From assembly GCA_021163765.1 (NCBI GenBank), contig JAGGTK010000033.1, forward strand, positions 5,923 through 69,922: 64,000 nt of DNA, given 5' to 3'. This DNA comes from a bacterium. GTDB taxonomy: Bacteria; 4484-113. The position numbers were made by a program, and so were the translations under genes. Shown here piece after piece: positions 28,157-39,600 of this stretch. The notes under the pieces were generated by a model. That model searched no databases and was not told where the DNA came from. It worked only from the letters and a program-made list of their open reading frames with translations. Each line of letters begins with the position of its first letter. The first letter of the stretch is position 1.

Positions 28157-31100
28157 TCAATCCTCGTCGTTCGCGTCGGCTTCGGCAGCCAGTCGCACAA
28201 TGCGTTCCATCAGGTCGTGCACCTGGTCGGCGAACTGCGCATCGAACGGGATGCGGACCTCTATGTGCTCACCCGGCGGCAGGCTAGCGGTTGAGCTGAA
28301 GGCTGCATCGCTTACGCTGTAGCGCCCGGGCCCCCGGGCGGTTTGGGCGGGGCGTGCTGCGTTTCCCTGCACGATCCGCACCCTGGAGTCGAGCATGATA
28401 AGTTCCTGCAGCCACGGCCGCACGTCAGGCGTGGCGAAGACCAGCGACATCTTCCGCTGGGCGGGTATGTAACTGATCTGATGGATACCCGCGTCGCGGC
28501 AGGCCAGCTTAATCTCCTGCACGTAAAACAGATTCTCCACCGACTGCGGCAGTTTCCCAAAACGGTCGCGCATTTCATCGCGCAATGCCGCCATTTCGTC
28601 GGCGTCCTTGCAGTCGGCGATGCGGCGGTAGATGCGCATCCTCAGCGCGGTGTCGGCGATATAATCCTCCGGGATAAAGCAGGCCAGCGGCAGGTCAACC
28701 TGCACCGCCTGGCGTTCCCGCTCCCAGGCAATCTCGCCGGTGTCAACAAAATCTTCAGGCAGTTCCTTTATCTTCTCGACAGCCTCGCAGAGCAGCTCGA
28801 AGTAATAATCCATGCCCACAAGCTCGATTGCGCCGCTCTGGTCGGTGCCCAGAATGGTCCCCGCGCCCCGAATGAGCAGGTCCTGCTGCGCGATCTCGTA
28901 GCCCGCGCCGAGATATGCGTAGTTGTAGATTGCGCGCAGCCTTTCGCGGGCTTCATCGGTCAGCACGGCCTGCGGCGAATGGAACAGGTAAGCGAAGGCT
29001 TTAACGTGGCTTCGCCCCACGCGGCCGCGCAACTGGTGCATCTGCGCCAAGCCCAGGAGTTCGGCGCGGTCCACAATGAGCGTGTTGACCGTGGGTATGT
29101 CCAGCCCGTTTTCGATGATGGTCGTTGCCAGCAGGACTTTGAATACTCCCATGCTAAACGCGTCCATCATCTCCTCCAGTCGCCGCTCCGGCAGCTTCCC
29201 GTGGGCAATTCCGATTGACGCTTCGGGGACAATCTCCTTGAGCCGTCTCTCCACCAGGTGCAGGTCCTGCACCCGGTTGTGCAGGAAGTAGACCTGGCCG
29301 CCCCGCCCCAGTTCCTTGAGGATGGCGTCGCGCACCAGGTTTTCGTTGTATTCCCCAACGTATGTCTTGACCGCCTTGCGCTGGGGGGGTGGGATGCCCA
29401 GAAGCGACACGTCCATCAGTCCCAGAAGCGACAGGCGAAGCGTGCGCGGTATTGGTGTTGCGGTGAGCGTGAGCACATCAAGGTGGGGGAAGCGCATCTT
29501 GAGTGTCTCCTTCTGCTTGACCCCGAAGCGCTGTTCCTCGTCCACGATGAGCAGCCCCAGCTCGGCGGGCTCAACGTCTTTTCCCAGCGCGCGGTGCGTT
29601 GCGATAACCACGTCAACGCGTCCCGCCGCCAGGTCCCGCAAAACCTGTTTCTGCTCGGCCGGGGTCTTGAAGCGGGACAGCAGCTCAACGCGGAACGGGA
29701 AGGGCTTGAAGCGCCGGGAAAACGTGTTGTAGTGCTGGTCGGCGAGAATGGTCGTCGGGCAGAGCATCAGCGTCTGCTTGCCCGACAGGCAGGCTTTAAA
29801 CGCCGCGCGAAGCGCGATTTCGGTCTTGCCGAAGCCGACTTCACCGCAGACCAGGCGGTCCATCACCTTCGGGCTTTCCATATCGCGGCGCACCCCTTCC
29901 CAGGCTTCAGACTGGTCGCGCGTCAGCTCGTAGGGAAATCGTTCCTCAAACTCCGCCATCCACTCGTTGCGGGTGAACGCGAAGCCGGCGTGCAGCCGCC
30001 GCTGGCGGTAAAGTTTAAAGAGCTTCTTGGCGTAGCGCAGCACGTCCTGGCGCACACGCTCCTTAGTTTTGTGCCAGGTGTCGCGCCCCAGATTCGAGAG
30101 TTTCGCTACGCCCGCTGCGCGGTATGGCTTAAGGCGGTCAAGCTGGTCGGCTGGCACAAACAGCTTGTCCCCGCCGGCATATCCCAGCTCCACGTAGGTG
30201 CGGGTGATGCCTTTGACTTCCAGGTCTTTAAGGGCGGAGAACCGGCCGATGCCGTAATCGATGTGAACGACATAATCGCCCGGTTTGAGGTCGGTCTCGC
30301 TCTCGACGAATCCGCGCTGGTAGGTTCGCGCCGGGGCGCGGGACACTTCGGTGAGTTCGCCGAATATCTCAAGGTCGGTCACGACCGTTGCGCCGGAGGA
30401 TCCCGGAACGGCGAATCCACGTGGCAGCAATCCCGGATGAACCGGGGCCTTCACATTCGCCTCGTTAAGCAGTTCCGATATTCGCCGCGCAAACTGGCTG
30501 ACGACAAGGTGCGGTCGGCTGGATGAGCGGATAGCTTCGGCGATGCCCGTGGTTGTGTAGGTGCTGGTGGAGAGGGTTTCCAGGCCCGCGGAAATATGCT
30601 TGCGGGGAGCAGCTTCCCCCGGTGACTGGAATCCATAGAGCAGCGCGCGCGGTGTTTCCTCTAGCTTGAACCCGAAGTCCTCGGCCAGCCGCCCGGGGGT
30701 TTCCAGCCAGCCCGGCAGCGGCTCTTCGGGGAAGGCGTAGTAGTCGGAGAAGTACGTAAACGCCAGGCCATTCTCCCGCCAGTCGGAAAACCGGCTCTCC
30801 CAGAACCTGCGGTAACTCCGAGTCTCGTTTTCAATCAGCGCGTCTTCCAGAAAAGCCAGTGCGGGCGGCGGGTCGGCGAAGTGCATTATTGTCTCGTTCC
30901 GGGCGCCCGCAAGCTCAACGTAGAATCCCTGGCGCGGGAAGCTGCGCCCTTCGCGGATGCAGCCCAGGTCGTGTTCCACAGCCTCCTCCAGCGATTGGCG
31001 TGCGCTCTCGCTCAACGCGCGGCCCGTTTCGCGGTAGAACCGCTCCAGGTGCCCTTCAATGACGTCGAGAGCGTAAGGCTGCGCCAGAATGCGCTTGGCG

Positions 31101-31837
31101 GGATCTGCCGGAAGTATGCTGACACCGCCCACAGGCTGGACGCTGCGCTGGGTCGCGGGGTCAAACGACTTGACGCTCTCTATTTCGTCGCCGAAGAAGT
31201 CCAGGCGCACCGGGTAATAGCTCGTGAACGGGAATACGTCAACGATTCCCCCGCGCCGGGAGAACTGCCCTTTGGCGACCACGGTATTGCTGTGCTCGTA
31301 ACCGAATTCGGCCAGCAGCCTGGCCAGCTCCGCCGGGTCAATGGCGTCCGCAGCCTGCGGAAAGAGACCGTCGGCTCCTTCGCCTGCTTGTTTTAGCTGG
31401 AGGCGCGCGGCTTTTATGAGTTCGCGCCCCAGTGTGCGGCGGAAAAGCGCGCGGTAGGGCAGGAAGACTATCCGCGCACGGCCTGCGAGAAGAGCCTGCT
31501 GCGTCCGCTGAATCTGCTCGGTTTGGGTTTCGGTAAGCGGCGTGTAATCAAAAAGCGACGAGCACTCGTAGTCCGGATAGACCAGCGCGCTGTCTTCCGG
31601 CAGCTCCAGGCTCAGGACGCGGGCTGCCGACTGGAAGTACACCAGGCTCTGCTCCGCCTGTTCATTGCTCTCGGTGATGAAGAACAACGTGCGCCCGTCA
31701 AGGCGCTCGAGGATAGCCGCTGCCCAGAAGTACGGTGCCGAGCCGCTGAGATCCTCCACCGCAACCGTGGCTCCCGGCTCCGGGAGCGAGAGCCCGGTGA
31801 GCTGGCGGAAGAACCCGCTGACACGCAGCTTAGGCAT
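28157..31837 (-). CDS. mfd: Transcription-repair coupling factor
   Basis: UvrB-like N-terminus (RRGGIVDVF), RID (GDYVVHIDYGIG), CGEVGFGKTE, DEEQRFGV, QMHQLRGRVGR, TRCF domain. Confidence 0.96.
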   Translation of the reverse strand: MPKLRVSGFFRQLTGLSLPEPGATVAVEDLSGSAPYFWAAAILERLDGRTLFFITESNEQAEQSLVYFQSAARVLSLELPEDSALVYPDYECSSLFDYTPLTETQTEQIQRTQQALLAGRARIVFLPYRALFRRTLGRELIKAARLQLKQAGEGADGLFPQAADAIDPAELARLLAEFGYEHSNTVVAKGQFSRRGGIVDVFPFTSYYPVRLDFFGDEIESVKSFDPATQRSVQPVGGVSILPADPAKRILAQPYALDVIEGHLERFYRETGRALSESARQSLEEAVEHDLGCIREGRSFPRQGFYVELAGARNETIMHFADPPPALAFLEDALIENETRSYRRFWESRFSDWRENGLAFTYFSDYYAFPEEPLPGWLETPGRLAEDFGFKLEETPRALLYGFQSPGEAAPRKHISAGLETLSTSTYTTTGIAEAIRSSSRPHLVVSQFARRISELLNEANVKAPVHPGLLPRGFAVPGSSGATVVTDLEIFGELTEVSRAPARTYQRGFVESETDLKPGDYVVHIDYGIGRFSALKDLEVKGITRTYVELGYAGGDKLFVPADQLDRLKPYRAAGVAKLSNLGRDTWHKTKERVRQDVLRYAKKLFKLYRQRRLHAGFAFTRNEWMAEFEERFPYELTRDQSEAWEGVRRDMESPKVMDRLVCGEVGFGKTEIALRAAFKACLSGKQTLMLCPTTILADQHYNTFSRRFKPFPFRVELLSRFKTPAEQKQVLRDLAAGRVDVVIATHRALGKDVEPAELGLLIVDEEQRFGVKQKETLKMRFPHLDVLTLTATPIPRTLRLSLLGLMDVSLLGIPPPQRKAVKTYVGEYNENLVRDAILKELGRGGQVYFLHNRVQDLHLVERRLKEIVPEASIGIAHGKLPERRLEEMMDAFSMGVFKVLLATTIIENGLDIPTVNTLIVDRAELLGLAQMHQLRGRVGRSHVKAFAYLFHSPQAVLTDEARERLRAIYNYAYLGAGYEIAQQDLLIRGAGTILGTDQSGAIELVGMDYYFELLCEAVEKIKELPEDFVDTGEIAWERERQAVQVDLPLACFIPEDYIADTALRMRIYRRIADCKDADEMAALRDEMRDRFGKLPQSVENLFYVQEIKLACRDAGIHQISYIPAQRKMSLVFATPDVRPWLQELIMLDSRVRIVQGNAARPAQTARGPGRYSVSDAAFSSTASLPPGEHIEVRIPFDAQFADQVHDLMERIVRLAAEADANDED

Positions 31838-31883
31838 ATCGGGTTAGTCTATCACCTATTCGCACGCTTTTTCAGTCAAATGC

Positions 31884-31911
31884 TTTACATACGGGTATCA
31901 TCGCGTATAAT
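31884..31911 (+). promoter_or_regulatory. sigma70-like promoter for rpsP-khpA-rimM
   Basis: TTTACA, 16-nt spacer, TATAAT. Confidence 0.6.
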
Positions 31912-31960
31912 ATTTGTTCGCGCAATATCTCAACTACTGGTGTTACAGGAACTGTAGTAC

Positions 31961-32254
31961 ATGGGACTAAAAATCAGGCTAATGCGAATGGGCAAGCCGA
32001 AGCAGCCCAGCTACCGCGTCGTGGTGAAGGAAGCACGCAGCCCGCGGCAGGGCAGGTATCTCGAGTGGGTGGGCAATTATAACCCCCTCACGGACCCCGA
32101 GACGGTCGAGCTCAATGAGGAGCGCATCCGCCACTGGCTCTCCGTCGGCGCGCTGCCTACGGACACGGTGCGGCGGCTCATCAACAAGTACACAAGCGTG
32201 GAACTCAAAACACGTACCTACGCCAAGCCAACTAAACCAAAAGAAGGAGAGTAG
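31961..32254 (+). CDS. rpsP: 30S ribosomal protein S16
   Basis: LKIRLMRMGKPKQPSYRVVV...PRQGRYLEWVGNYNP. Confidence 0.96.
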   Translation: MGLKIRLMRMGKPKQPSYRVVVKEARSPRQGRYLEWVGNYNPLTDPETVELNEERIRHWLSVGALPTDTVRRLINKYTSVELKTRTYAKPTKPKEGE

Positions 32255-32260
32255 TCAACT

Positions 32261-32491
32261 ATGGTAGACCTCGTTCGTGACATTCTCAAAGCCATTGTGG
32301 ACCATCCGGATGCGGTTGAGGTAAAAGAGGTCGAAGGCGAGCGCGCGTCGATTATCGAGATCAAGGTTCACGAAGAAGATGTCGGTAAGGTTATCGGCCG
32401 CGAGGGGCGAATCATCAACTCCCTGCGGCAGATTGTCCGCGCCGCCGCTGGCAAGGACAACAAGCGCATCACCATCGAGCTCCTCTCGTAG
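32261..32491 (+). CDS. khpA: KH-domain RNA-binding protein
   Basis: DVGKVIGREGRII GxxG loop; canonical position after rpsP. Confidence 0.9.
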   Translation: MVDLVRDILKAIVDHPDAVEVKEVEGERASIIEIKVHEEDVGKVIGREGRIINSLRQIVRAAAGKDNKRITIELLS

Positions 32492-32507
32492 GAGCGCCGC
32501 GTAAGAA

Positions 32508-33017
32508 GTGGCCACGGTAACAGTTGGAAGAGTATTAGGAGCCCACGGGGTGCGGGGGGATTTTCGTATTGAATACCGCACGGATTTCCCGGAGCGCATC
32601 AGCGGGCGGTCGCACTATCTGCTGCGCGATCCCCGAACCAACGAAACAGTCCAGGTAACTCTTGACCGCGTCGTGCTGCAGGACAGGAGCTTCATCGCTT
32701 CCTTCAGCGAATTTGCCACGCGCGAGCAGGCTGGCGCGCATCGCGGATGGTTGCTGGAAATTGCCGAGGACAGCGTGCCCTGCGACACGGAAGAAGGTGA
32801 GTTTTACTACTTCCAGCTTGAAGGCCTGTCCGTATTGAGTGCTGGCGGGAGGGTGCTGGGGCGCGTTGTGAACGTAATCCCCGGTGCCGCGCATGAGCTT
32901 CTGGAATACGAGGACGAATCGGGTGCTCTGCAGCTTGTGGCATTCGCCCGCAGCGCAATCTCCGAAGTGAACCTGAAGGAACGCCGCATCATCCTTCAGC
33001 CTGAGGATAGAAGCTGA
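32508..33017 (+). CDS. rimM: Ribosome maturation factor RimM
   Basis: VGRVLGAHGVRG, EGEFYYFQLEGL, PRC barrel. Confidence 0.9.
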   Translation: MATVTVGRVLGAHGVRGDFRIEYRTDFPERISGRSHYLLRDPRTNETVQVTLDRVVLQDRSFIASFSEFATREQAGAHRGWLLEIAEDSVPCDTEEGEFYYFQLEGLSVLSAGGRVLGRVVNVIPGAAHELLEYEDESGALQLVAFARSAISEVNLKERRIILQPEDRS

Positions 33018-33041
33018 TTCTTACAGGGAGAGCAGGCTTTC

Positions 33042-34730
33042 TCAGTAAAGAGCCGGATCCCGGTAAAGCCCCCAGACGTCCCGGAAGACGTCGCAGATCT
33101 CCTGCAATGTGCATTCGGCCCGCACGCACTCCACGATTTTCTCCATAGTGTTCTCCCGCTCGGTCTGGCAGGTCTTGTGAAGCGCGTCCAGCGTTGCGGC
33201 TACCTTGCCTTTATCGCGCCGCTGCTTCATCTTCTCGTGCTTCTCGACCTGGCGCTGTTCAATCTCCGGCGGGATCTTTAGGATTTCAACGCTGAGTTCC
33301 TCGTCGGTTATGAAGTTGTTAACCCCCACGACAACCCGCTCTCCGGTCTCAATCCGTTGCTGGTCGGCATAGGCCGCCTGCGCAATCTCCTGCTGGAAAA
33401 ATCCTTTTTCGATTCCCGCGATAACGCCGCCGAGCGCTTCGATCTTATCGAAGTACTCCTGCGCCTGTTCCTCCATCTGGTTGGTAAGCGCTTCAACGAA
33501 GTAGGAACCTGCAAGCGGGTCAATGGTATTGGCGATTCCCGTCTCATAAGCGCAGACCTGCTGCGTGCGGAGTGAGATCTCCACAGCCTTCTCGGTGGGA
33601 AGCGCCAGCACCTCGTCCATCGAGTTTACGTGCAGCGACTGGGTCCCGCCCAGAACCGCAGCCATCGCCTGGCTGGTGGCGCGGATGATGTTGTTGTAGG
33701 GCTGCTGCGCCGTAAGGCTGCATCCGGCAGTCTGGGTATGGAAGCGCAGCAGCATTGAGCGCGGGTCTTCCGCACCGTACTTGTCCTTCATAGTCCGCGC
33801 CCAGATGCGGCGGGCGGCGCGGTATTTGGCGATTTCCTCAAAGAAATCGATATGGCTGTTGAAGAAATGCGAGAAGCGGCGGGCGAAGCTATCCACCGCC
33901 ATTCCCCGTTCCAGGCACGCTTCCACATAGGCGAACCCGTTAGCGAGAGTGAACGCCAGTTCCTGCACGGCGGTCGAGCCGGCTTCCCGTATGTGGTAGC
34001 CGCTGATGGAGATCGTGTTCCAGCGCGGCACGTGTTTCGTGCAGTATTCCACCGTGTCCACGATGAGCCGTACCGATGGCGCGGGAGGCACTATCCACGT
34101 CTTCTGCGCCTGGAACTCCTTGAGCATATCGTTCTGGATGGTGCCGGTGAGCTTCTCCGGCGGAATGCCCTTGCGCTCAGCCGCGACAATGTAGAAGGCG
34201 AGCAGCACGTTTGCCGGCGGGTTGATGGTCATAGAGGTCGAGATGGCGCCCTGGTCGATGCCGTCCATCAGCGTTTCCATGTCCTGCAACGAGCAGATGG
34301 CCACGCCCGCCCGGCCCACTTCGCCCAAAGCCCTGGAGCTGTCACTGTCGTAGCCGTAGAGTGTCGGGAAATCAAACGCGACCGACAGGCCGGTCTGCCC
34401 CTGGGCGATTAGGTACTTGTAGCGCTCGTTGGTTTCCTCTGGACCGCCAAAGCCCGAGAACTGCCTGAAGGTCCACAGCTTCCCGCGGTACATATTGTCG
34501 CGCACGCCGCGGGTGAAGGGGAAAGCGCCGGGATCTCCCAGGTCCCGCGCGTAATCCAGGCCACTGATGCTCTCCGGGGTGTAGAGCATCTCGATGGGCA
34601 CGCCGGAGACGGTCTGGGGGAATTTCACGAAAGGCTGCGCGCTCTTGGTGTCCCGTATGCGCTTGTGGACGTTCCCGTCGGCGCACGTCTGCGACACCGT
34701 AGGTTTATCGTTAGTGGGGCTTTTGGACAT
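33042..34730 (-). CDS. B12-dependent acyl-CoA mutase large subunit, isobutyryl-CoA mutase (IcmA)-type active site
   Basis: [55 protein letters not shown]; no DxHxxG B12 domain. Confidence 0.88.
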   Translation of the reverse strand: MSKSPTNDKPTVSQTCADGNVHKRIRDTKSAQPFVKFPQTVSGVPIEMLYTPESISGLDYARDLGDPGAFPFTRGVRDNMYRGKLWTFRQFSGFGGPEETNERYKYLIAQGQTGLSVAFDFPTLYGYDSDSSRALGEVGRAGVAICSLQDMETLMDGIDQGAISTSMTINPPANVLLAFYIVAAERKGIPPEKLTGTIQNDMLKEFQAQKTWIVPPAPSVRLIVDTVEYCTKHVPRWNTISISGYHIREAGSTAVQELAFTLANGFAYVEACLERGMAVDSFARRFSHFFNSHIDFFEEIAKYRAARRIWARTMKDKYGAEDPRSMLLRFHTQTAGCSLTAQQPYNNIIRATSQAMAAVLGGTQSLHVNSMDEVLALPTEKAVEISLRTQQVCAYETGIANTIDPLAGSYFVEALTNQMEEQAQEYFDKIEALGGVIAGIEKGFFQQEIAQAAYADQQRIETGERVVVGVNNFITDEELSVEILKIPPEIEQRQVEKHEKMKQRRDKGKVAATLDALHKTCQTERENTMEKIVECVRAECTLQEICDVFRDVWGLYRDPALY

Positions 34731-34866
34731 CCTTTTCACCATCCAGCTACATTCTCGTAGCATTTTATCACAGCGATGTGCTCCGGAGACCCCTGGACCT
34801 CTGCAGCCGGTTGCACTAAGCCGTCCTTTTCTCTAGAATAGGTGGCCATTTCGTCATAGGAGATAT

Positions 34867-35973
34867 ATGAACTACGCGCAAAGAATCCAGCGCATAAGGG
34901 ACAGCCTGGCCGGCCATCAAATTGACGCCATACTCGTCAGCTATCTCAAGAACATCTTTTACCTCTCCGGCTTCAGCGGATCCACCGCTGAAATTATTAT
35001 TTCGGAGGAGGATGCGCTGTTCCTGACAGATTCCCGCTATTACGAGCGCTTCAAAGAAGAGGTTCACGAGGGCTACAAGCTCGTCCCGTTTTACCAGGAG
35101 AGCCTCGGCCGTAAGCTCAAGGAGCTGGCGGGCAGGCACGGGATCGGCCGCCTGGGGATTGAGGCGGATCACCTGTCGCTTACGCAGGTTGAGGAGCTGA
35201 AGGAAAATTCCGGCGTGGACATCGTGCCGCTCAGCGGCGTTGTCGAGAAGCTGCGCATCGTTAAGGATGACGAGGAGATAGCCGCTCTGGAACGCGCTAT
35301 TCGGCTGAAAGAAGAGGTGTTCACCGAGCTCGTCGGGCTCATACGGGGCGACGTCACCGAAGCAGATCTGGCCGCCGAGTTTGAGTACCGACTGCGCAAA
35401 AAGGGCGCTCAGGTGGCGAGTTTCGCTCCCATTGTGGCCTTTGGCAAGAACTCCTCCAAGCCTCACGCCACGTTCACAAGCCAGACCCTCGTGCCCACAA
35501 TGCCGCTGACCTTCGATCTGGGGGTAGAGCTGGATGGGTATTGCAGCGATATGACCCGCACCGTCTTCTATGGCGGGGTGGCGCAGGGCTGGCGGGAAAT
35601 CTACACTCTCGTGCGCGAAGCGAAAGAAGCGGCAGCCGCCGCCGCGCGCGCGGGTGTGCGCTGCGCCGACGTTGACCGTGTCGCGCGGGACATCATCTGC
35701 CAGGGCGGATACGACTCATACAAGGCCGACGGCGAAGAGCGCAAGTACTTCGGGCACGGCCTGGGGCACGGCGTGGGCGTTGAGGTGCACGAAGCGCCGC
35801 GCCTGAACAACCAGAGCGAGGAGATTCTTGAGGTTGGCAATATCGTGACAATCGAGCCCGGCATCTACCTGCCGGATCAGGGCGGCATACGGATTGAGGA
35901 TATGTATGTGGTCAGAGGCGACGGGTTGGTAAACCTGAACGCTCTGCCAACGGACATTCTGGTCGTGGAGTAG
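34867..35973 (+). CDS. Xaa-Pro aminopeptidase (M24)
   Basis: Creatinase N-domain; DLGVELDGYCSDMTRT, HGLGHGVGVEVHE, TIEPGIY, GIRIED. Confidence 0.9.
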   Translation: MNYAQRIQRIRDSLAGHQIDAILVSYLKNIFYLSGFSGSTAEIIISEEDALFLTDSRYYERFKEEVHEGYKLVPFYQESLGRKLKELAGRHGIGRLGIEADHLSLTQVEELKENSGVDIVPLSGVVEKLRIVKDDEEIAALERAIRLKEEVFTELVGLIRGDVTEADLAAEFEYRLRKKGAQVASFAPIVAFGKNSSKPHATFTSQTLVPTMPLTFDLGVELDGYCSDMTRTVFYGGVAQGWREIYTLVREAKEAAAAAARAGVRCADVDRVARDIICQGGYDSYKADGEERKYFGHGLGHGVGVEVHEAPRLNNQSEEILEVGNIVTIEPGIYLPDQGGIRIEDMYVVRGDGLVNLNALPTDILVVE

Positions 35974-35981
35974 GCTTTGAT

Positions 35982-36545
35982 ATGATAACGCCAAACGATT
36001 TTCGCACTGGTACCACTTTCAAGAAGGGCAACGACCTTCTGCGGGTCATCGAATTCCAGCATGTCAAGCCCGGGAAAGGCCCTGCATTCGTGCGCGTCAA
36101 GCTGCTAAATGTGCGCTCCGGTTCTATCAACGAGGTCACAATGCGCACGGAGGAGAAGCTGGAGGACGTGCGGATTGAGAAGCGCGAGATGACGTTCCTC
36201 TACCGCCAGGGTGAGAGCTACATCTTTATGGACAGCCAGGATTACGACCAGGTCACAGTGCAGGCTGATATACTTGGTGAGAAGGTTCGGCTAATTCGGG
36301 AAAACGATGTTGTATTTATCGATATGTATGAGGATGAGATACTGGGTGTGGACCTTCCCGCATCTGTCGTTCTGAAAGTCGTCCAGACTGAACCTGGCGT
36401 GAAAGGCGACACTGCGACCGCTGCCACCAAGGCCGCCACGCTGGAAACCGGCGCAGTCGTCCAGGTGCCGCTTTTCATTGAGGAAGGCGATATGGTGAAA
36501 GTGGATACGCGCGCGATCAAGTACCTTGAGCGCGTTAGGCGGTAG
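35982..36545 (+). CDS. efp: Elongation factor P (PGKGP subfamily)
   Basis: QHVKPGKGPAFVR, TEPGVKGDTA, QVPLFI. Confidence 0.96.
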   Translation: MITPNDFRTGTTFKKGNDLLRVIEFQHVKPGKGPAFVRVKLLNVRSGSINEVTMRTEEKLEDVRIEKREMTFLYRQGESYIFMDSQDYDQVTVQADILGEKVRLIRENDVVFIDMYEDEILGVDLPASVVLKVVQTEPGVKGDTATAATKAATLETGAVVQVPLFIEEGDMVKVDTRAIKYLERVRR

Positions 36546-36645
36546 TATTTAGCGTGCCTCCATCTGCCGTACGCGCAAGGGTAGCTGTATTCGGGTCTAA
36601 TTGGGTATAATAGAGCGGTAAACTTCACCTATGAGGTGTAAGAAT

Positions 36646-39600
36646 ATGATGAGAATAACGATTTGGCTCTGGGTGGTCATTCTGATTGCCGCGTTCGCAG
36701 TTGCCTGTGGCGGCGGCAGTAGCGGTCGCGCTCCGATCGCGCCGTCTCAGGAGACTGGCGGCGGAGAACCACCCTCTGACGAGGGCCAACCGTTCTCGGT
36801 GGTGCTAACGGCGACCCCTGACCAGGGACCGACCCCGCTGACGGTTAGCTTCTCAGCCTACGCGTTCGGGGGCTACCCTTCGTATTCGTACGAATGGGAC
36901 TTTGACGGAGACGGAGTAGCCGACTCGAACGCTGTCGACCCGTACTGGACATTCAATAACAGTGCGATTGTCGCAGTCAAGATAACCGATTCGCGTCACC
37001 AGACGGTTACAGTTAGCAAATCGATTACGGTAACCGCCCCAACGGGCGAAACCGGTGGGACTGGAACCCAACCGCTGGTGGTACGATTCCAACCTTCAGT
37101 TAATTCAGGCCCCGCTCCCTTACGGGTGCAGTTCACGGCTCTGGTGACTGGTGGGAGCTCGCCATATGGGTTCATCTGGGATTTCGAGGGCGACGGCGTC
37201 CCCGACAGCAACAGTGAAAATCCGGTGTTCGTCTACGAGCAGCCCGGCCCGCAGATTGGTGATGACTCCTACTTTTACTATCCTGTGCTGACCGTGGTGG
37301 ACAACCGGGGCGTTGAGGTATCCACGGCAGACGACCTGAATGGTGATGGCGAGCCCGATTGGCCTGTCGCGATCAACGTGGTACCGCCATCGGCTCTGCT
37401 GGCCTACGCCGCGGCGAATCCCGGTTCCGGCCAGGCTCCGCTGCCGGTGGTATTCAGCGGTGGCGCTTCGGGCGGAGAACCGCCCTATGAGTTCTACTGG
37501 GATTTCGGAGACGGCACTTACCGCGATTTCGACTCCTCTGTAGTAGCCCAGCACACATACGTGGCGACGGGCAACTACAACGCCCTGCTGACCGTCAGGG
37601 ACAACCAGGGCGTGACGGGAACGAGCGGTATTGTCCCGGTCTACGTGAGCCAGGAAGTCACCTTTAAAGTTCGCATCGAGGCCGACGCGACAGAAGGCCC
37701 TGTCCCCTTCAACGTGCAGCTCACGAGCTACACCGAGGGCGGCAAGGAGCCGGTTCATTACAACTGGGAGGTTTTCACTGACCTTGTTCCGGCCGGAGAG
37801 GAGCCCGTTATTGTGCTCCCGCCCACGTACCCGATGCCGGTGAAAGACCCTCAGGCGATTGTGGTGCCGGATAGGACATCTGACCCCAACCCGGTGATAA
37901 CTTTCGCGACTTACGTTGGCCAGTATGTCGATATGAACGCCAACGAAGCTTACGATGCCGGCGAAGGCGTAGGTGCTCCTTATGTTGTCCGCCTTGTGGC
38001 GAAAGACGACAACGGTGTGGAAGCGGTTAGTAACCTGCTCCGCATCGAGCCGCGTCCGCCCGAGCCCGATACGCTTTACCGCGCCGAGCGCGCCCCGACA
38101 ATCGGCTGGTCAATCTACGGCGGCAACTCCGTCGGCGGCAACCTGCCGGCATTCAGCGCGCGCGCCAATCCTGCAGTAGCTACGCACCCTTCCGGTATGG
38201 TGTACCTGTTCGGTGGCGATGTCTACAATGACGCGGGCGAGTTTACGGGAATCGTGGATCTCCCCAAGTCGTCTTATGCGCTGAACCTGACCGGCACCGA
38301 CCGTACGCCTTCCGGTATGTTCGGCTCGGTATCAGGCGCTGGCGCAGCGGCGGGAGCCTACGAGGATGGCGGATTTACGCTGCTGAACTCGTTGCAGGGC
38401 CTCCCCTACGCGTACATTGGAATGGCGCCTACGGTGAAGACCCCGCCCACGCAAGGCAACGGCGGCCCGCCGAACTGTGGCGGCGCTTTCATGAATCGTA
38501 CGCTACAGAAGAGCGTGCCGTTTGAGCCGCGCGGCTCGGCGGCGGCTACAATGGTGCACGAGGACTGGGACCTGAATCCCGGCGGTTTCGGCTCGTGCCC
38601 CGGATGACAGCCGCGTCCAGACTTAGGCCCAGGTTGGGCCTTGGGTAATGGAGGATACGGCGTTCCGGTGTTCTACGTGTTCGGCGGCCGAAACGAAAGC
38701 GGCGAGCCTCTGGACGTGGTGCAGAAGTACTACCCGGAGACCTACGGTGTCGAGGACCAGTTCCCGATACTGTTCTTCCCCGGTCCGGTAGCGCAGTACG
38801 TGAACGCTCAGACCGACATCTGGTCGGATCGTTTTCAGTTCCACGACTACGACTGGCTCCCGCAGAAAGATCAGTGCATCAACACACCTATCGTGCCGGA
38901 CCGTCCTCCGACACAGGGCGGTGGCGGCCAGGGCGCTGTGCCTTTGAATACGCTTCCCGAGCCGCTTTACGGGCACGCTGCGGTGACTCTCGAGTCTAAA
39001 GGTAACCTGTTCCCGCCGCCCGTGTGGCCGGAATCGCATTACTGCTACGTGTTCATCCTCGGCGGTATCAACGACAGCGGCGTACCGGTTGCCACGATGC
39101 GCTGGTTCAATGTTTGGGCAACCCCGGCCGAGCGCCAGCAGGATGAGGAGCCCTCTGCGGGAGACTACTCAGTTGTCTCGGAGATGCCGGTAGAGCGCGC
39201 ATATCACAGAGCGTTTGTAACACTGCCTGACAAGCTCACCGACAAACCGTGGCGGATAGTTGTCGTTGGCGGTTTCGACCGGAACGGCAATTACATCTCG
39301 CAGGTGGACGAGTACACCTTCGACAGCATTACAGACCCGAGGACGGGTACGTGGAGAACGGTAGCCAACGTTTCGGAGGCTGCTGCTGGTGCTGGAGCAG
39401 GCTGGCAGGAAGACGACCGTGGAATGGTGTATCGCCAGATGGGCGGTCGCACGGTTGACGGTTACACCGGCTCGGTGTATGACGTGCTGTCAAACGGATC
39501 GATGTCCCTGGCTCCCACGGGGCTGATTCCGCGTGGATGGGCCGGAGCAACCGGTGTCAGGGTGTATAACGACTTCTACACACCTGGTGGAGACTTCTAT

